From an uncultured delta proteobacterium (GTDB lineage: Bacteria; Myxococcota_A; Polyangia; Fen-1088), in the NCBI GenBank assembly GCA_963767925.1, contig CAVYGB010000002.1:1088001-1152000 (forward strand): 64,000 bases of DNA. The letters are read 5' to 3'. The translations under genes were made by a program, and so were the position numbers. Positions 41,546 to 51,665 of this stretch are shown one piece after another. Every line of letters starts with the position of its first letter. Position 1 is the first letter of the stretch. The notes under the pieces were generated by a model, which did not search any database, was not told the DNA's origin, and saw nothing but the letters and a program-made list of their open reading frames with translations.

Positions 41546-43834
41546 TCAGGCGGCCGGGCGGAACCAGCCCGCCGCCAACGCGCGTTCGCGAACGAGGAAA
41601 AACAGGATGGTGGTCAGCGCCGCGAACAGGACGGCGCTGGTGAGATAAAAGTGCAGGACCAGGTCGGGCACCAGCACGGTGCCGTACTGGACGACGCACA
41701 TCAAGAGCAAGGTGGCCCAGATGCCCGCCCCGGTGGGGGAAAGGGGTGGGTCCCCGCCGGTGGCCGACCGCTCCTCCACCAGCAGCGGCAGCAGGAAGAC
41801 GAAGTGGATGTAGTAGTTGCCCGGGTAGAGCAGCACCGGGATGAGGGGCAGGCCCAGCAACATGGCCTGCTCGGCCCGCTTGCCCCGGGCCGCCACCGCC
41901 ACCATGCCCAGGTAAAACAGGATCCCGGCGATGAACACCGGCAGCCGGGCCCGCAGCACCAGGTGCTGGTTGCCGTCCGAGCCGGCGATCAGCGAGCGCA
42001 GGCTGAGGTGGCTGGGGTGGGGGTCGGAGGAGAGCTGCGCCACCTTGTGCAGCCAGTCGCCCCAGGCCTGCACCGGCAGCACCGCCGCCGAGAAGGCGAA
42101 CAGCAGCACCATGGCGATGCCCCCACCCAGCAGGATGCGCACGGTGTTGCGGTGCTGCTCGAGGATGGCGCGCAGCCCCGGGAAGGCGCCGTGGGTCCGC
42201 CGGTGCTCCCAGATGCGCCACAGGCCGGGGATGCACACCGCCACGAAGGCCAGGCCGGGGAAGGCGCGGATCATCGTGGAAAAGCCGATCAGGGCCCCGC
42301 CGAGCAGGAAGTTGTTGCGCTTGAGGGCGCAGGCGGCCAGCCCCAGGTAGGCCAGCCAGTCGTGGCGCAAGGTGGACCCACCCCAGTTGGTGCCGTACAT
42401 GATGAAGTCGTTGGCCCCGAACACGGCCGCCGCCACGAACATCGTGCGCAGCCCGAAGGTGCGGCCGATCATGGCGAACATGAACAGCAGCAGCACCAGG
42501 TCGATCATCCCGGTGGCGAGGAAGGCGCCGTTGCTGGGGGCCAGGTTGCTGAACATCAGGTAGGCGATGCTCATCCAGACCGGGGTGGCGTTGCCCCCCA
42601 TGTCGTGCATCGTGTCCAGCCAGTGGGGCGTGCCCATCACCTCCCGGAAGTAGCGGGCGTCCTCCTTGTAGGCCGCCCAGCGCTCGGGGGAAAAGCGCGC
42701 GCGCACGGCGTCCACCGCGTCCTGCTTCTCGCCGACGGTGCTCATGCGCAAGGTCTGTAGATCCCGCATCGGCAGGCGGTAGATGGCGTCGAGGTTGGCG
42801 TCCTTCTCCTCGCGGTAGGCGGCCATGTCGGCCACGTAGACGTCGCGGTAGCCGATCTCCTCGAAGTACTTGGCGGTGGGGTAATACTGCCGCAGGTCGA
42901 GGTAGTGCACGAAGGTGTCTTCCCCCCGGCGCTCGTCCCGAAACTGCGGCTGCCCGAGGTTGTAAAAGGCGAGAAAGCCGAGGGCCCCCATCAGGCCGAG
43001 GGTGCCGAGCACGACGCCCCGGTGGGCGGGGAACCGCACCGGCGGGAAACACTCGCGCAAGACGGCGACCGCCGCCACCAGGCCGATGATGGCCCGCCCC
43101 AGCCCGACCGAGCGCGGGTCGACCGGCATGCCGCCGCGGAACACGATCAGGCACCACAGGCCGCTGCCGGCCGCCAGCAGCACCAGCAGCCCCAGCCAGG
43201 GCAGGCGCGCGCCCCGGTGGGAGAAGACAACCAGCAGCAGCAGGGCCAGCCCGAACCACAACATCGCGTCGCGCACCTGCTGCTCGGACGAAGCGCTGCG
43301 CACCCGCTCGATGCTGGGCGGGAAGCTGGGCGGGACCGCGGCGAAGAGCTGCACCTCGCTCAGCGAGTAGGCGCCGTCTCCCCCCTCGGCGCGGATGCGC
43401 ACGAAGCGCCCGCTGGCCTCGAGCTTGTCGCTGCTGCGCGCGCGCAGGCCGGCCTCCGGCTCGGGGCCCGCCCGCCAGGCGGTCTGCCAGGTCAATCCGT
43501 CGGGCGACACCTCGACCAGGTAGACGTCGTTGTTGTCCCCCTGCAGCCAGGCTGCTGCCAGGCTGGTGGTGGCGCCGAGGTCGTAGACCACCTGGGCGCT
43601 CGCCGCTTCGAAGTGGGCGGTGGCGCCGGTGCGCCAGAAATCTCCCTCGCGGCCGGCCCGACCATCGGTGAGCACCTCGGCGCGCCCGACCCCCCGCCCG
43701 CTGCTCGGGCTCTTGCCGGCCAGCAGATTGCTCTGGGCCAGGGCGGGGCCGCTGGCGAGCGCGACGGCCAGCAAGGCGGCCACGGACACGGCCCGGACAG
43801 CCGGGAGAGCCGGCAGACGCAACGCCCCAATCAT
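41546..43834 (-). CDS. Polytopic membrane protein with N-terminal discoidin-like domain and GT-C-like membrane region
   Basis: Signal peptide; LTDG..YDLG..VEVSPDG..RFVRI..LSEVQLF; many TMs; HYLDLRQYY, GGNATPVW. Confidence 0.75.
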   Translation of the reverse strand: MIGALRLPALPAVRAVSVAALLAVALASGPALAQSNLLAGKSPSSGRGVGRAEVLTDGRAGREGDFWRTGATAHFEAASAQVVYDLGATTSLAAAWLQGDNNDVYLVEVSPDGLTWQTAWRAGPEPEAGLRARSSDKLEASGRFVRIRAEGGDGAYSLSEVQLFAAVPPSFPPSIERVRSASSEQQVRDAMLWFGLALLLLVVFSHRGARLPWLGLLVLLAAGSGLWCLIVFRGGMPVDPRSVGLGRAIIGLVAAVAVLRECFPPVRFPAHRGVVLGTLGLMGALGFLAFYNLGQPQFRDERRGEDTFVHYLDLRQYYPTAKYFEEIGYRDVYVADMAAYREEKDANLDAIYRLPMRDLQTLRMSTVGEKQDAVDAVRARFSPERWAAYKEDARYFREVMGTPHWLDTMHDMGGNATPVWMSIAYLMFSNLAPSNGAFLATGMIDLVLLLFMFAMIGRTFGLRTMFVAAAVFGANDFIMYGTNWGGSTLRHDWLAYLGLAACALKRNNFLLGGALIGFSTMIRAFPGLAFVAVCIPGLWRIWEHRRTHGAFPGLRAILEQHRNTVRILLGGGIAMVLLFAFSAAVLPVQAWGDWLHKVAQLSSDPHPSHLSLRSLIAGSDGNQHLVLRARLPVFIAGILFYLGMVAVAARGKRAEQAMLLGLPLIPVLLYPGNYYIHFVFLLPLLVEERSATGGDPPLSPTGAGIWATLLLMCVVQYGTVLVPDLVLHFYLTSAVLFAALTTILFFLVRERALAAGWFRPAA

Positions 43835-43984
43835 GGTCTGGTTCACGGCCGCGCAGCATAGCCCGCAGGCCGGAGCGCTCAAAGGTTGGGCCAGCGGGGG
43901 CTGACCGCGTCGGTGGGGGCTATCGCGCCGGCCGCTCAGGGCCGGGGCCCGGGGCGGAGGCGGCGCGCGATCGAGGTGAAAGCT

Positions 43985-44194
43985 CTACCCTTCGGAGGTG
44001 AGCAGGCGGGCCGCGCGCTGAGCCTGCGCGGCCGCCAGGATCCGCGCGAGGGCGGAGGTGGCGAGCCGGGTGGCCCGCCGCGGATCGGCCGTCAGCCGGC
44101 CCGCTTCGTCGAACAGCGCGACCACGATGTCGCCCAGCCTGGCGGTGGCCGTGGACGCCTTGCGCTGGGTGGTGCCGTCTCCTGCGTGTTTCAT
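43985..44194 (-). CDS. Small hypothetical protein
   Basis: MKHAG...RLGDIVVALFDEAGRLTADPRRATRLATSALARIL; amphipathic, 69 aa. Confidence 0.55.
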   Translation of the reverse strand: MKHAGDGTTQRKASTATARLGDIVVALFDEAGRLTADPRRATRLATSALARILAAAQAQRAARLLTSEG

Positions 44195-44709
44195 TGGGAC
44201 CTTGCTCTGTGAACCCCCGCCGGGCTCCGGTTTATTCCGGCGGAGGCCGAACCGTTGCACCCGCGCCCGGGAGTGAAGTTCCAACGTCAGGAGGCATGTC
44301 TTCCAGCGTCCCGCTGACGCTTCGATCGGCGTGACGGCGCTCGCTTGCGGCGCGGGGGACACGGACGCTTCGTTTGACGGGGGCCGCGTTTTGAAGGTCG
44401 ACGCGCCACCCGCTTCTTCCAGCCGCGGACCGTGACGGCTCGGTGACGGACCGGGCAACGACCGAGAACCACAGGCCAACTGGCGGGGGCACTTCGACGG
44501 GCGTGTGCCAGCGGCGGCGCGCGCGGTGACGTTGTGGCACCCGCCGTAAGCAGAACGGTCACCGGAGGTTCGTTCTCGCGCTCGAACCGGCGAACGTCGT
44601 GCAACGGCGCGACCGCGCCGTCGCCGGACCGTCACATTGTTCACAGGACAGTTCTCCCAGAGTTCACCTGGCGCGAGATCGGACCGGATATAAGCCCCGA
44701 TCAGGGCAG

Positions 44710-45393
44710 ATGTTCGAGGATTTCGACAGATCACGGGCCTCCCGCGAGGGGCGTGGCCGCATGGGGGTCTCCTTCCTGATCTCGGGTGGGATCTTCGTCG
44801 GCATCGCAGCCGCGCTGGCCGCGGCCATCGCCACCGCCCACGTGGTGGTCAAGCGCCAGCAGCGCGACGTGCAGGTGGCCTTCGCCAGCTTGCCCCGCGC
44901 GCCCAAGCCCCGCCCGCTGGTCAAGGCCCAGCCCGGCCGGCGCAAGGTCGCCACGCCGGTGGCCCGCCCGCCCAGCGCGGTCCCCCAGGCCCGGCCCGAG
45001 GAGGCCGAGGGCGAGCTGACCGAGGCGGGCACGGTCGGTCCGGTCGAAGGTTTCACCGACGGACAGGGTGGCAACGGCAACAGCCGCGGCATGTCCCCCC
45101 AGGTGACCGAGACCATCGCCGAGCCGAAGTTCCTGTCGGGCTGCCGGGCCCCCGAGGTCCCCGAGGCCCTCACCGCCACCGCGGCGACCATCGAGATCGA
45201 CGTGCGCATGTTGATCGACGTGCGCGGGCTGGTGCGGACGGCGGAGGTGTTGCGGGCCCACCCCCTGGTCCCCAACGACGTGATCCTGAGCTGCGCGCGC
45301 GCCCAGGTGTTCAAGCCCGCCCACCTGCCCGACGGAACGCCCGTGCCCTACCCCTTCCGCCGCCGCTTCGTGTTCCTGCCCGCGCGGGTCTGA
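44710..45393 (+). CDS. TonB-like energy transducer
   Basis: TM anchor, Pro-rich linker, C-terminal IDVRMLIDVRGLV...FKPAHLPDGTPV; first gene of the Exb operon. Confidence 0.75.
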   Translation: MFEDFDRSRASREGRGRMGVSFLISGGIFVGIAAALAAAIATAHVVVKRQQRDVQVAFASLPRAPKPRPLVKAQPGRRKVATPVARPPSAVPQARPEEAEGELTEAGTVGPVEGFTDGQGGNGNSRGMSPQVTETIAEPKFLSGCRAPEVPEALTATAATIEIDVRMLIDVRGLVRTAEVLRAHPLVPNDVILSCARAQVFKPAHLPDGTPVPYPFRRRFVFLPARV

Positions 45394-45429
45394 GCGCGGG
45401 CGACGAGAACGAGAAAAGGAAAGACCAGC

Positions 45430-46173
45430 ATGCACTTCAATCTGATCGAGCTGTGGCAGGGGATGAACAACCTGGTGCGGATGGTTGTCCTCGTGCTGAC
45501 CATCCAGGCCGTGCTGTGCATCGCGGTCACGGTCGACCGGATCATCATGCTGATCGGGGCCTACCGGAAGGGCCGCCGCTTCGCCCGCGCCGCCGGCCCG
45601 CTGCTGGCCCGGGGGGATCTGCCGGGCGCGCTGGCGGTGGCCCGCCAGGACAAGGGCAGCCACCTGGCCGGCTTCATCCGCACCGGGGTGGAGACCTTCC
45701 TCGATCGGCGGCGCCGGGGCCTCGACCAGAGCAAGGCGGCCGAGCTGAGCGCGCGGGCCCTCGAGCGCAAGGCCGACAGCCTCAGCGACTCGCTCAACAA
45801 GGGCCTGAACATCCTCGCCTCGACCGGGTCGACCGCCCCCTTCATCGGGCTGCTCGGCACCGTGCTCGGCATCCTCAACGCCTTCAAGCTGGTCGGCCAG
45901 GAGGGATCGGGCGGCATGGCCACCATCGGCACCGCCATCGCCGAGGCCCTCGTCGTCACCGGCTATGGCCTCATGGTGGCCATCCCCTCGGTGCTGCTGT
46001 TCAACTGGCTCAGCCGCCTCATCTCCCGCTACGAGGCGGGGCTGACCCACGCCCGCAACGAGCTGGTCGATCACCTGGCCGGCGGGGGCGACACGAGCGA
46101 CGACGGCATCGAGGCCGAGCGCGACGTGGCCAGCCCGCCCATCGGGCGCGCCCCCGCCGTCTCCTCCGCCTAG
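45430..46173 (+). CDS. exbB: MotA/TolQ/ExbB proton channel protein
   Basis: LASTGSTAPFIGLLGTVLGI, IAEALVVTGYGLMVAIP. Confidence 0.92.
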   Translation: MHFNLIELWQGMNNLVRMVVLVLTIQAVLCIAVTVDRIIMLIGAYRKGRRFARAAGPLLARGDLPGALAVARQDKGSHLAGFIRTGVETFLDRRRRGLDQSKAAELSARALERKADSLSDSLNKGLNILASTGSTAPFIGLLGTVLGILNAFKLVGQEGSGGMATIGTAIAEALVVTGYGLMVAIPSVLLFNWLSRLISRYEAGLTHARNELVDHLAGGGDTSDDGIEAERDVASPPIGRAPAVSSA

Positions 46174-46212
46174 CGGCCCGACGCCCCCAGAACCTCCGAA
46201 GGACCCCCCAGG

Positions 46213-46653
46213 ATGGGCTGCTCTGCCACCCCCCTCTCGCCCCGGGCGCGCCCGCGGCCGGTCATGAACGTGACCCCGCTGGTCGACGTCGTGCTCGTGC
46301 TGCTCATCATCTTCATGGTGGTGATCCCCGCGATGGAGCAGGGGATCGACGTGGTGGTGCCGGGGATCTTCAACGTCGATCAGAAGACCGAGGAGAAGAC
46401 CAAGCCCTTCCTGCTGTCGCTCACCGGCGACGGCAAGATCTACCTCGACGAGGACACCGTCGCTCCGGGCGCGCTGGAGAGCCGCTTGCGCCAGGTCAGC
46501 CGGCGCGAGCCGAACCGGCGCCTGGTCCTGCGCGGCGACGGCGGGGTCCCCTACGGCAAGGTCCGCAGCGTGTACCGCTCGGTGCAGGAGGTGGGCTTCC
46601 CCGGGGTCTCATTGCGGGTCAACCAGCGCAAGGGCGACGGCCAGGGAGAGTGA
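46213..46653 (+). CDS. exbD: ExbD/TolR family protein
   Basis: MNVTPLVDVVLVLLIIFMV, LRGD..VPYG. Confidence 0.92.
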   Translation: MGCSATPLSPRARPRPVMNVTPLVDVVLVLLIIFMVVIPAMEQGIDVVVPGIFNVDQKTEEKTKPFLLSLTGDGKIYLDEDTVAPGALESRLRQVSRREPNRRLVLRGDGGVPYGKVRSVYRSVQEVGFPGVSLRVNQRKGDGQGE

Positions 46654-46657
46654 CGCC

Positions 46658-47104
46658 ATGGCGATGGACCTGACCGACCCCCGCAGCGCCAAACACGGCA
46701 AACGTGGCCGGGCCCACCCCGAGATGAACGTCACCCCCCTGGTCGACGTCGTGCTCGTGTTGCTGATCATCTTCATGGTGCTGACCGCGGTGCTCAACGA
46801 GCACTACTGGGTCAACATCCCCGAGAAGGAGAAGCCCGGCGAGATCGAGCCGCCGCCGGGCGACGGCGAGGAGCCGCTGGTCGTGCTGGTGAACCGCCAG
46901 GGGCAGATCCAGATCAACATGGACATCTACCCGGACCAGGAGTTCGCCGCCCGCCTGAAGCGCATGCTCGTCGCGCGCGGCGACCGCCGGGTGTACTTCG
47001 ACGCCGAGGACGGCGTGGCCTTCGAGCGGGCCGTGCAGGTCCTCGATATGGCCCGGGGCGGTGGGGCCGCCCACGTCGCCGTGCTGACCGAGAAGCTCGA
47101 ATAG
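46658..47104 (+). CDS. exbD: ExbD/TolR family protein (second copy)
   Basis: EMNVTPLVDVVLVLLIIFMV. Confidence 0.92.
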   Translation: MAMDLTDPRSAKHGKRGRAHPEMNVTPLVDVVLVLLIIFMVLTAVLNEHYWVNIPEKEKPGEIEPPPGDGEEPLVVLVNRQGQIQINMDIYPDQEFAARLKRMLVARGDRRVYFDAEDGVAFERAVQVLDMARGGGAAHVAVLTEKLE

Positions 47105-47117
47105 ACGAACTTTCATC

Positions 47118-49973
47118 ATGCTGATCGCGAGATCCCTGCCGGGGCGGGCGCTGGCCGCCGCCCTCATGGCCACCGCTCTGCTCGCGCTGCCCGCCCGGGC
47201 GGCGCGGGCCCAGGCGCCCGCGGGCGTCGCCGCCGAGCTGGAGGCGGGCGCCGACCGCCAGACCGGCATCGCCGGGCGCATCGTCGACCGGCGCAACAGC
47301 CGCGGTCTGGCCGACGCCCCCGTGCTGGTGCAGGGCGGAGGGCGCGCGCGCACCCTGATCACCGACGGCGAGGGCGTGTACCGGGTGGCGCTGCCCCCCG
47401 GCGTGTACACCGTGCGCTCGTACTTCGACCTCTACCACGGGGCCCGCATCGAGGGCGTGCAGGTCGAGCGGGGACGCGTCCAGGTTGTCAACCTGGTGCT
47501 CCGCCGCATCGACGAGGACCGCGACGTCGCGGTGGTCGAGCTGGAGATCCCCTACCGCGCCGACACGACCACCGCCGCCGCCCAGGACCAGCTCCGCCAG
47601 GCCTCGAGCGGCATCGGCGAGGGCTTCGGGGCCAAGCAGATGTCGCAGGTGGGGGCCAGCGACGCGGGCAGCGCCGCCGCCCGGGTGGTGGGGGTGAGCA
47701 TCGAATCGAGCCAGCTCGTGATCCGGGGGCTCGGCGGCCGCTACACGCGGGTGCTGCTCAACGGCATCTCGGTGCCGAGCATCGACCCCGACGTGCCGGG
47801 GGCCGACCTCGACCTGTTCCCCAGCGGCGTGATCGACAGCCTCACCGTCTCGAAGACCTTCTTGCCCGACATGCCGGCCGACTTCGCCGGCGGGGTGATG
47901 GAGATCCGGAGCATCAGCTTCCCTCGCCAGTTCACCCTGGAGATCGACACCTCGGTGGGGCTCGACACCCAGTCGAGCTTCCGCGAGCGCCTCGACTACC
48001 AGGGCGGGCGCTACGACAGCCTGGGCTTCGACGACGGCGGCCGGGCCTTACCCGCTGCCATCGCCGCCGACCGCCCGGTCAACGCCTACCCCACCGAGAC
48101 CCGCTACCAGGCCGCCCGCACCCTGCGCAACAACTGGCAATACGACCGCCGGGCGGCGCTGCCGAAGATGGGCATCGACGCCACCTTGGGCAACTCGATC
48201 AAGCTGCCCGGGCAGCGGCGCTTCGGCTACCTGCTGACCGCCGGCTACGAGAACGACAGCGTGCGCCGCCTGGGCTCCACCCGGGCCAACCCGATCATCG
48301 GCGAAAACGGCCAGCTCATCGCCCGCAACGACTACCGGGTGGAGAACGGGGTCGAGGAGGTGCGCCTCTCCGGCCTGGGCACCGCCAGCCTCGACCTGGG
48401 GGTCGATCACTCGATCAGCGCGCTGTCGCTGCTCAACCGCAGCGCCTCCGACGAGACCTCGCTGCAGACCGGGAACAGCTCCGACTTCGGGGGGGCCTAC
48501 CTCGAGAAGTGGCAGCTCCAGTACCTGGCCCGCACCCTCTGGTTCAACCAGCTCTTCGGGGACCACCGCAACCTGGGGGGCACCCGCTTGCGCCTGCGCT
48601 GGGCAGCCTTTCAGGCCTACGCCGAGCGGGACGAGCCCGACCGCCGTACGGTGGCCTACGGGGACAACGGCGGCACCTTCGAGTGGCTGGTGCGCTCGGG
48701 GTCGGGCGAGCGCTTCTACAGCAACCTGCGCCAGGACGACGTGGGGGCCAACCTGAGCCTGCGGGCCCCGCTCTGGTCGGCCGCCTGGGTCACGCTGGGA
48801 GGGCAGACCCAGCGCTCGGATCGCAGCTTCAGCAACCGCCGCTTCCGCATGACCAAGAACCAGAGCAACGCGGACAGCACGGTCTACCAGCGGCCGATCG
48901 AGGAGCTGCTGAGCGCGCAGGCCATCGGCGACATCACCGACATCGGCGAGTTCACCCGCAACGACGACAGCTACCAGTCGCGCCAGGTCCTCTACTCGGG
49001 CTACACGTTGTTCGAGACGCCGATCTGGGGGCCCCTGTCGTTCGCCGGCGGCGTGCGCACCGAGATCCTGTCGCAGCAGGTGGAGTCGCGCAGCCCGTTT
49101 TCCACCCAGGTCGGCGCCAACATCAAGCGCACCGACCGCACCGACGTCGACTACCTGCCGGGCGGGGCCCTGAAGTACCAGCTCGGCGAGCGGATGTTGT
49201 TCCGCACCGCCTACGGCATGACGGTGGCCCGCCCCCAGATCCGCGAGCTGGCGCCCTATCAGTACTACGACTTCTTGCGCGACCGGGGCGTGGAGGGGAA
49301 CCCGGACCTCGAGCGCACGCTGGTGCACAACGCCGACCTGCGCTGGGAGTGGTTCTTCGCCGACGGGGAGATCCTGGCGGCCTCGGCCTTCTACAAGCGC
49401 TTCAGCGACCCCATCGAGCTGACCATCCTCGACCCGGTCACGGGCGGCTCGCAGTTCCGCAACGGCGAGCGGGCCCAGAACCTGGGCGGCGAGCTGGAGC
49501 TGCGGCTCAACCTGGGACGGCTGGGATCGGCCCTGCGCCCGCTCAACTTCGACGCCAACGTGGCCCTCGTGCGCTCGCGCATCGAGCTGCCCGACGAGCT
49601 GTCCCGGGCGGTGCGCGGCGATCGCCCGCTGGCCGGGCAAGCGCCCTACGTCGCAAACCTGTCACTGAGATTTTTCGAAGAGCAACGGGGTGTCACAGCG
49701 GCCCTCGTCTACAACGTGGTAGGTCCTCGCCTAGCAGACGTGGCGACCGTGGTTGCGACGGCCGCCGGGAACATCATCCCGCCCGACATCGAGGAGCAGC
49801 CGTTCCACTCGCTCGATCTGGTTGCCAGCCTGGAGACCGGCAACCACGTGAAGCTGAAGCTGAAGGTGCGCAACCTCCTCTGGCAACACCGGGAGCTGCG
49901 GCAGGGCGACTTTCTCATCCAGCGGACCGAGCCCGGCCTCAGCGTCTCGCTCGGCGCGACCATCTCCTACTGA
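47118..49973 (+). CDS. TonB-dependent receptor with N-terminal carboxypeptidase-regulatory-like domain
   Basis: IRGLGGRY, LDLFPS, KTFLPDMPADFAGG plug; GNPDL, DLRWEWF, FYKRFSDPIE barrel; C-terminal Tyr. Confidence 0.93.
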   Translation: MLIARSLPGRALAAALMATALLALPARAARAQAPAGVAAELEAGADRQTGIAGRIVDRRNSRGLADAPVLVQGGGRARTLITDGEGVYRVALPPGVYTVRSYFDLYHGARIEGVQVERGRVQVVNLVLRRIDEDRDVAVVELEIPYRADTTTAAAQDQLRQASSGIGEGFGAKQMSQVGASDAGSAAARVVGVSIESSQLVIRGLGGRYTRVLLNGISVPSIDPDVPGADLDLFPSGVIDSLTVSKTFLPDMPADFAGGVMEIRSISFPRQFTLEIDTSVGLDTQSSFRERLDYQGGRYDSLGFDDGGRALPAAIAADRPVNAYPTETRYQAARTLRNNWQYDRRAALPKMGIDATLGNSIKLPGQRRFGYLLTAGYENDSVRRLGSTRANPIIGENGQLIARNDYRVENGVEEVRLSGLGTASLDLGVDHSISALSLLNRSASDETSLQTGNSSDFGGAYLEKWQLQYLARTLWFNQLFGDHRNLGGTRLRLRWAAFQAYAERDEPDRRTVAYGDNGGTFEWLVRSGSGERFYSNLRQDDVGANLSLRAPLWSAAWVTLGGQTQRSDRSFSNRRFRMTKNQSNADSTVYQRPIEELLSAQAIGDITDIGEFTRNDDSYQSRQVLYSGYTLFETPIWGPLSFAGGVRTEILSQQVESRSPFSTQVGANIKRTDRTDVDYLPGGALKYQLGERMLFRTAYGMTVARPQIRELAPYQYYDFLRDRGVEGNPDLERTLVHNADLRWEWFFADGEILAASAFYKRFSDPIELTILDPVTGGSQFRNGERAQNLGGELELRLNLGRLGSALRPLNFDANVALVRSRIELPDELSRAVRGDRPLAGQAPYVANLSLRFFEEQRGVTAALVYNVVGPRLADVATVVATAAGNIIPPDIEEQPFHSLDLVASLETGNHVKLKLKVRNLLWQHRELRQGDFLIQRTEPGLSVSLGATISY

Positions 49974-50016
49974 TTTGCAAAGAGAACGAAAAGAAAGCGC
50001 GAACAGGAGAATGACG

Positions 50017-51447
50017 ATGAAACCCAGGAATGTCAGTGGTTGGGTGAAGCTCGCGGCCGTATTGCCCCTGCTGGGCGCCGGGATGCTGGGAGCTTGCGAG
50101 GACGAGACCGAGCCGACGCCCCCGGTGGGCGGCCCGGGCGGCAGCGGCGGCAGCGCGATGGTGATGGGCGGCGCCGGTGGCAGCGGCACCTCCACCGAGG
50201 TGGCGGTCACGGCGGACATCACCGCCGACACCACCTGGAGCCAGCCGGTGTACGTGCTCAAGCAGAAGATCTACGTCACCAACAACGCCAGGCTGACCAT
50301 CGCCGCCGGCACCAAGGTGCTGGGCGACGCCGGCACCACCGCCGACAACAAGCCGGCCCTCATCGTGTCCCGGGGCGCGCAGCTCATCGCCGTCGGCACC
50401 GCCGACAAGCCCATCGTCTTCACCTCGGGCGCGGCCGACGGCTCGCGCAAGGGCGGCGACTGGGCGGGCGTGGCCCTGCTCGGCAGCGCCCGTATCAACA
50501 CCGGCATGCCCTGCGCCAGCGGCGCGGCCGGCTGTCTGGAGAGCGGGATCGAGGGCATCCCCGCCAGCGAGCTGAAGGCCAAGTTCGGCGGCACCGACGA
50601 CGCCTCCTCCTGCGGCGAGCTCGAGTACGTCCGCATCGAGTTCGCGGGCGCCGAGCTCGAGCCGACGCGCGAGCTGAACGGCCTCACCCTCGGCGGCTGC
50701 GGCGAGGGGACCAAGCTCAGCTACCTGCAGGTGCACCGGGGCACCGACGACGGCATCGAGTTCTTCGGGGGCAAGGCCAGCATGGACCACGTGGTCCTGT
50801 CGGGCAACGAGGACGACAGCCTGGACTGGGACTTCGGCTGGTCGGGCAAGGTGCAGTTCCTGGTCATCCACCAGCGGGCCGGCTTCGGGGACAACGGCAT
50901 CGAGGGCGCCGGCTCGCCCTCCTCGGAGACCGCCGAGCCGCGCACGGCCCCCGTGCTGACCAACGTGACCATGATCGGCCGCGAGGGCGGCGGTCGGGCC
51001 ATGACCCTCAAGGAGGGGACCCGGGGCAAGATGACCAACTTCATCGTCCAGGGCTTCAAGGGCGACGTCATCGACTTCCAGGCCAGGACGGTCGACCTGG
51101 CGATGGAGTGGCCGGCCCAGCTCAGCGTCGAGAGCAGCCTGTTCTGGAACAACGCGGCCTACAGCAACGAGACCGGAACCAACGCCATGGGCCAGTCGCT
51201 CGACGACGACAAGGGCTTCGATGACAAGGCGGCCATCGAGTCGGCCGAGCGCAGCAACAAGCTCGACGTCGATCCCCAGATCACGGTGAGCGACACCGCC
51301 CCCAACTACGTGCCCAAGGCCGCCGGCGCCGACGGCCCCTTCGCCACCCCCACCTTCGGCGTCACCGCCGCCACCTACGCCGGCGCCTTCAAGGCCAACG
51401 ACCCCGCCCCCTGGACCGCCACCTGGACCGCCTTCCCGGCGAATTGA
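50017..51447 (+). CDS. Beta-helix-like lipoprotein partner of the TBDR
   Basis: Lipobox LGAC; PIVFTS, GDWAGV, YVRIEFAG, ELNGLTL, DDGIEFFGG, DDSLDWD, WTATW. Confidence 0.85.
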   Translation: MKPRNVSGWVKLAAVLPLLGAGMLGACEDETEPTPPVGGPGGSGGSAMVMGGAGGSGTSTEVAVTADITADTTWSQPVYVLKQKIYVTNNARLTIAAGTKVLGDAGTTADNKPALIVSRGAQLIAVGTADKPIVFTSGAADGSRKGGDWAGVALLGSARINTGMPCASGAAGCLESGIEGIPASELKAKFGGTDDASSCGELEYVRIEFAGAELEPTRELNGLTLGGCGEGTKLSYLQVHRGTDDGIEFFGGKASMDHVVLSGNEDDSLDWDFGWSGKVQFLVIHQRAGFGDNGIEGAGSPSSETAEPRTAPVLTNVTMIGREGGGRAMTLKEGTRGKMTNFIVQGFKGDVIDFQARTVDLAMEWPAQLSVESSLFWNNAAYSNETGTNAMGQSLDDDKGFDDKAAIESAERSNKLDVDPQITVSDTAPNYVPKAAGADGPFATPTFGVTAATYAGAFKANDPAPWTATWTAFPAN

Positions 51448-51454
51448 TTGTCCT

Positions 51455-51475
51455 CGGGACCCTCGAAGGGTCCCG
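51455..51475 (+). terminator. Stem-loop just after the lipoprotein stop codon
   Basis: CGGGACCCT-CGA-AGGGTCCCG, perfect 9-bp stem, no U-tract. Confidence 0.5.
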
Positions 51476-51613
51476 CCCCCCCCGCGAAGCTCCGCGCCGA
51501 GCAAGCTCGGCGGCTCCGCACGCGATGGTAGCGGCAGTCCGCGGCGTTCCGCGAGCTCACCGAGCCAGCTCGGGGCTCCGCAAGCACTGACCACCTCCGA
51601 CCACGCACCCTTC

Positions 51614-51663
51614 ACGCGGGCAACGGCCGCCTCCCACCAGGCGGCCCTGCCCGCGTTTTTTTT
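51614..51663 (+). terminator. Rho-independent terminator
   Basis: ACGCGGGCA..GGCCGCC-loop-GGCGGCC..TGCCCGCGT followed by a T run. Confidence 0.8.
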
Positions 51664-51665
51664 GG

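Noticed and set aside
40254..43859. Very long alternative-frame ORFs (1201 aa here; also 20279-23086, 11963-14623, 57596-60127)
   Set aside because: Arg/Gly/Pro-rich shadow ORFs expected at this GC content; they overlap well-supported genes.
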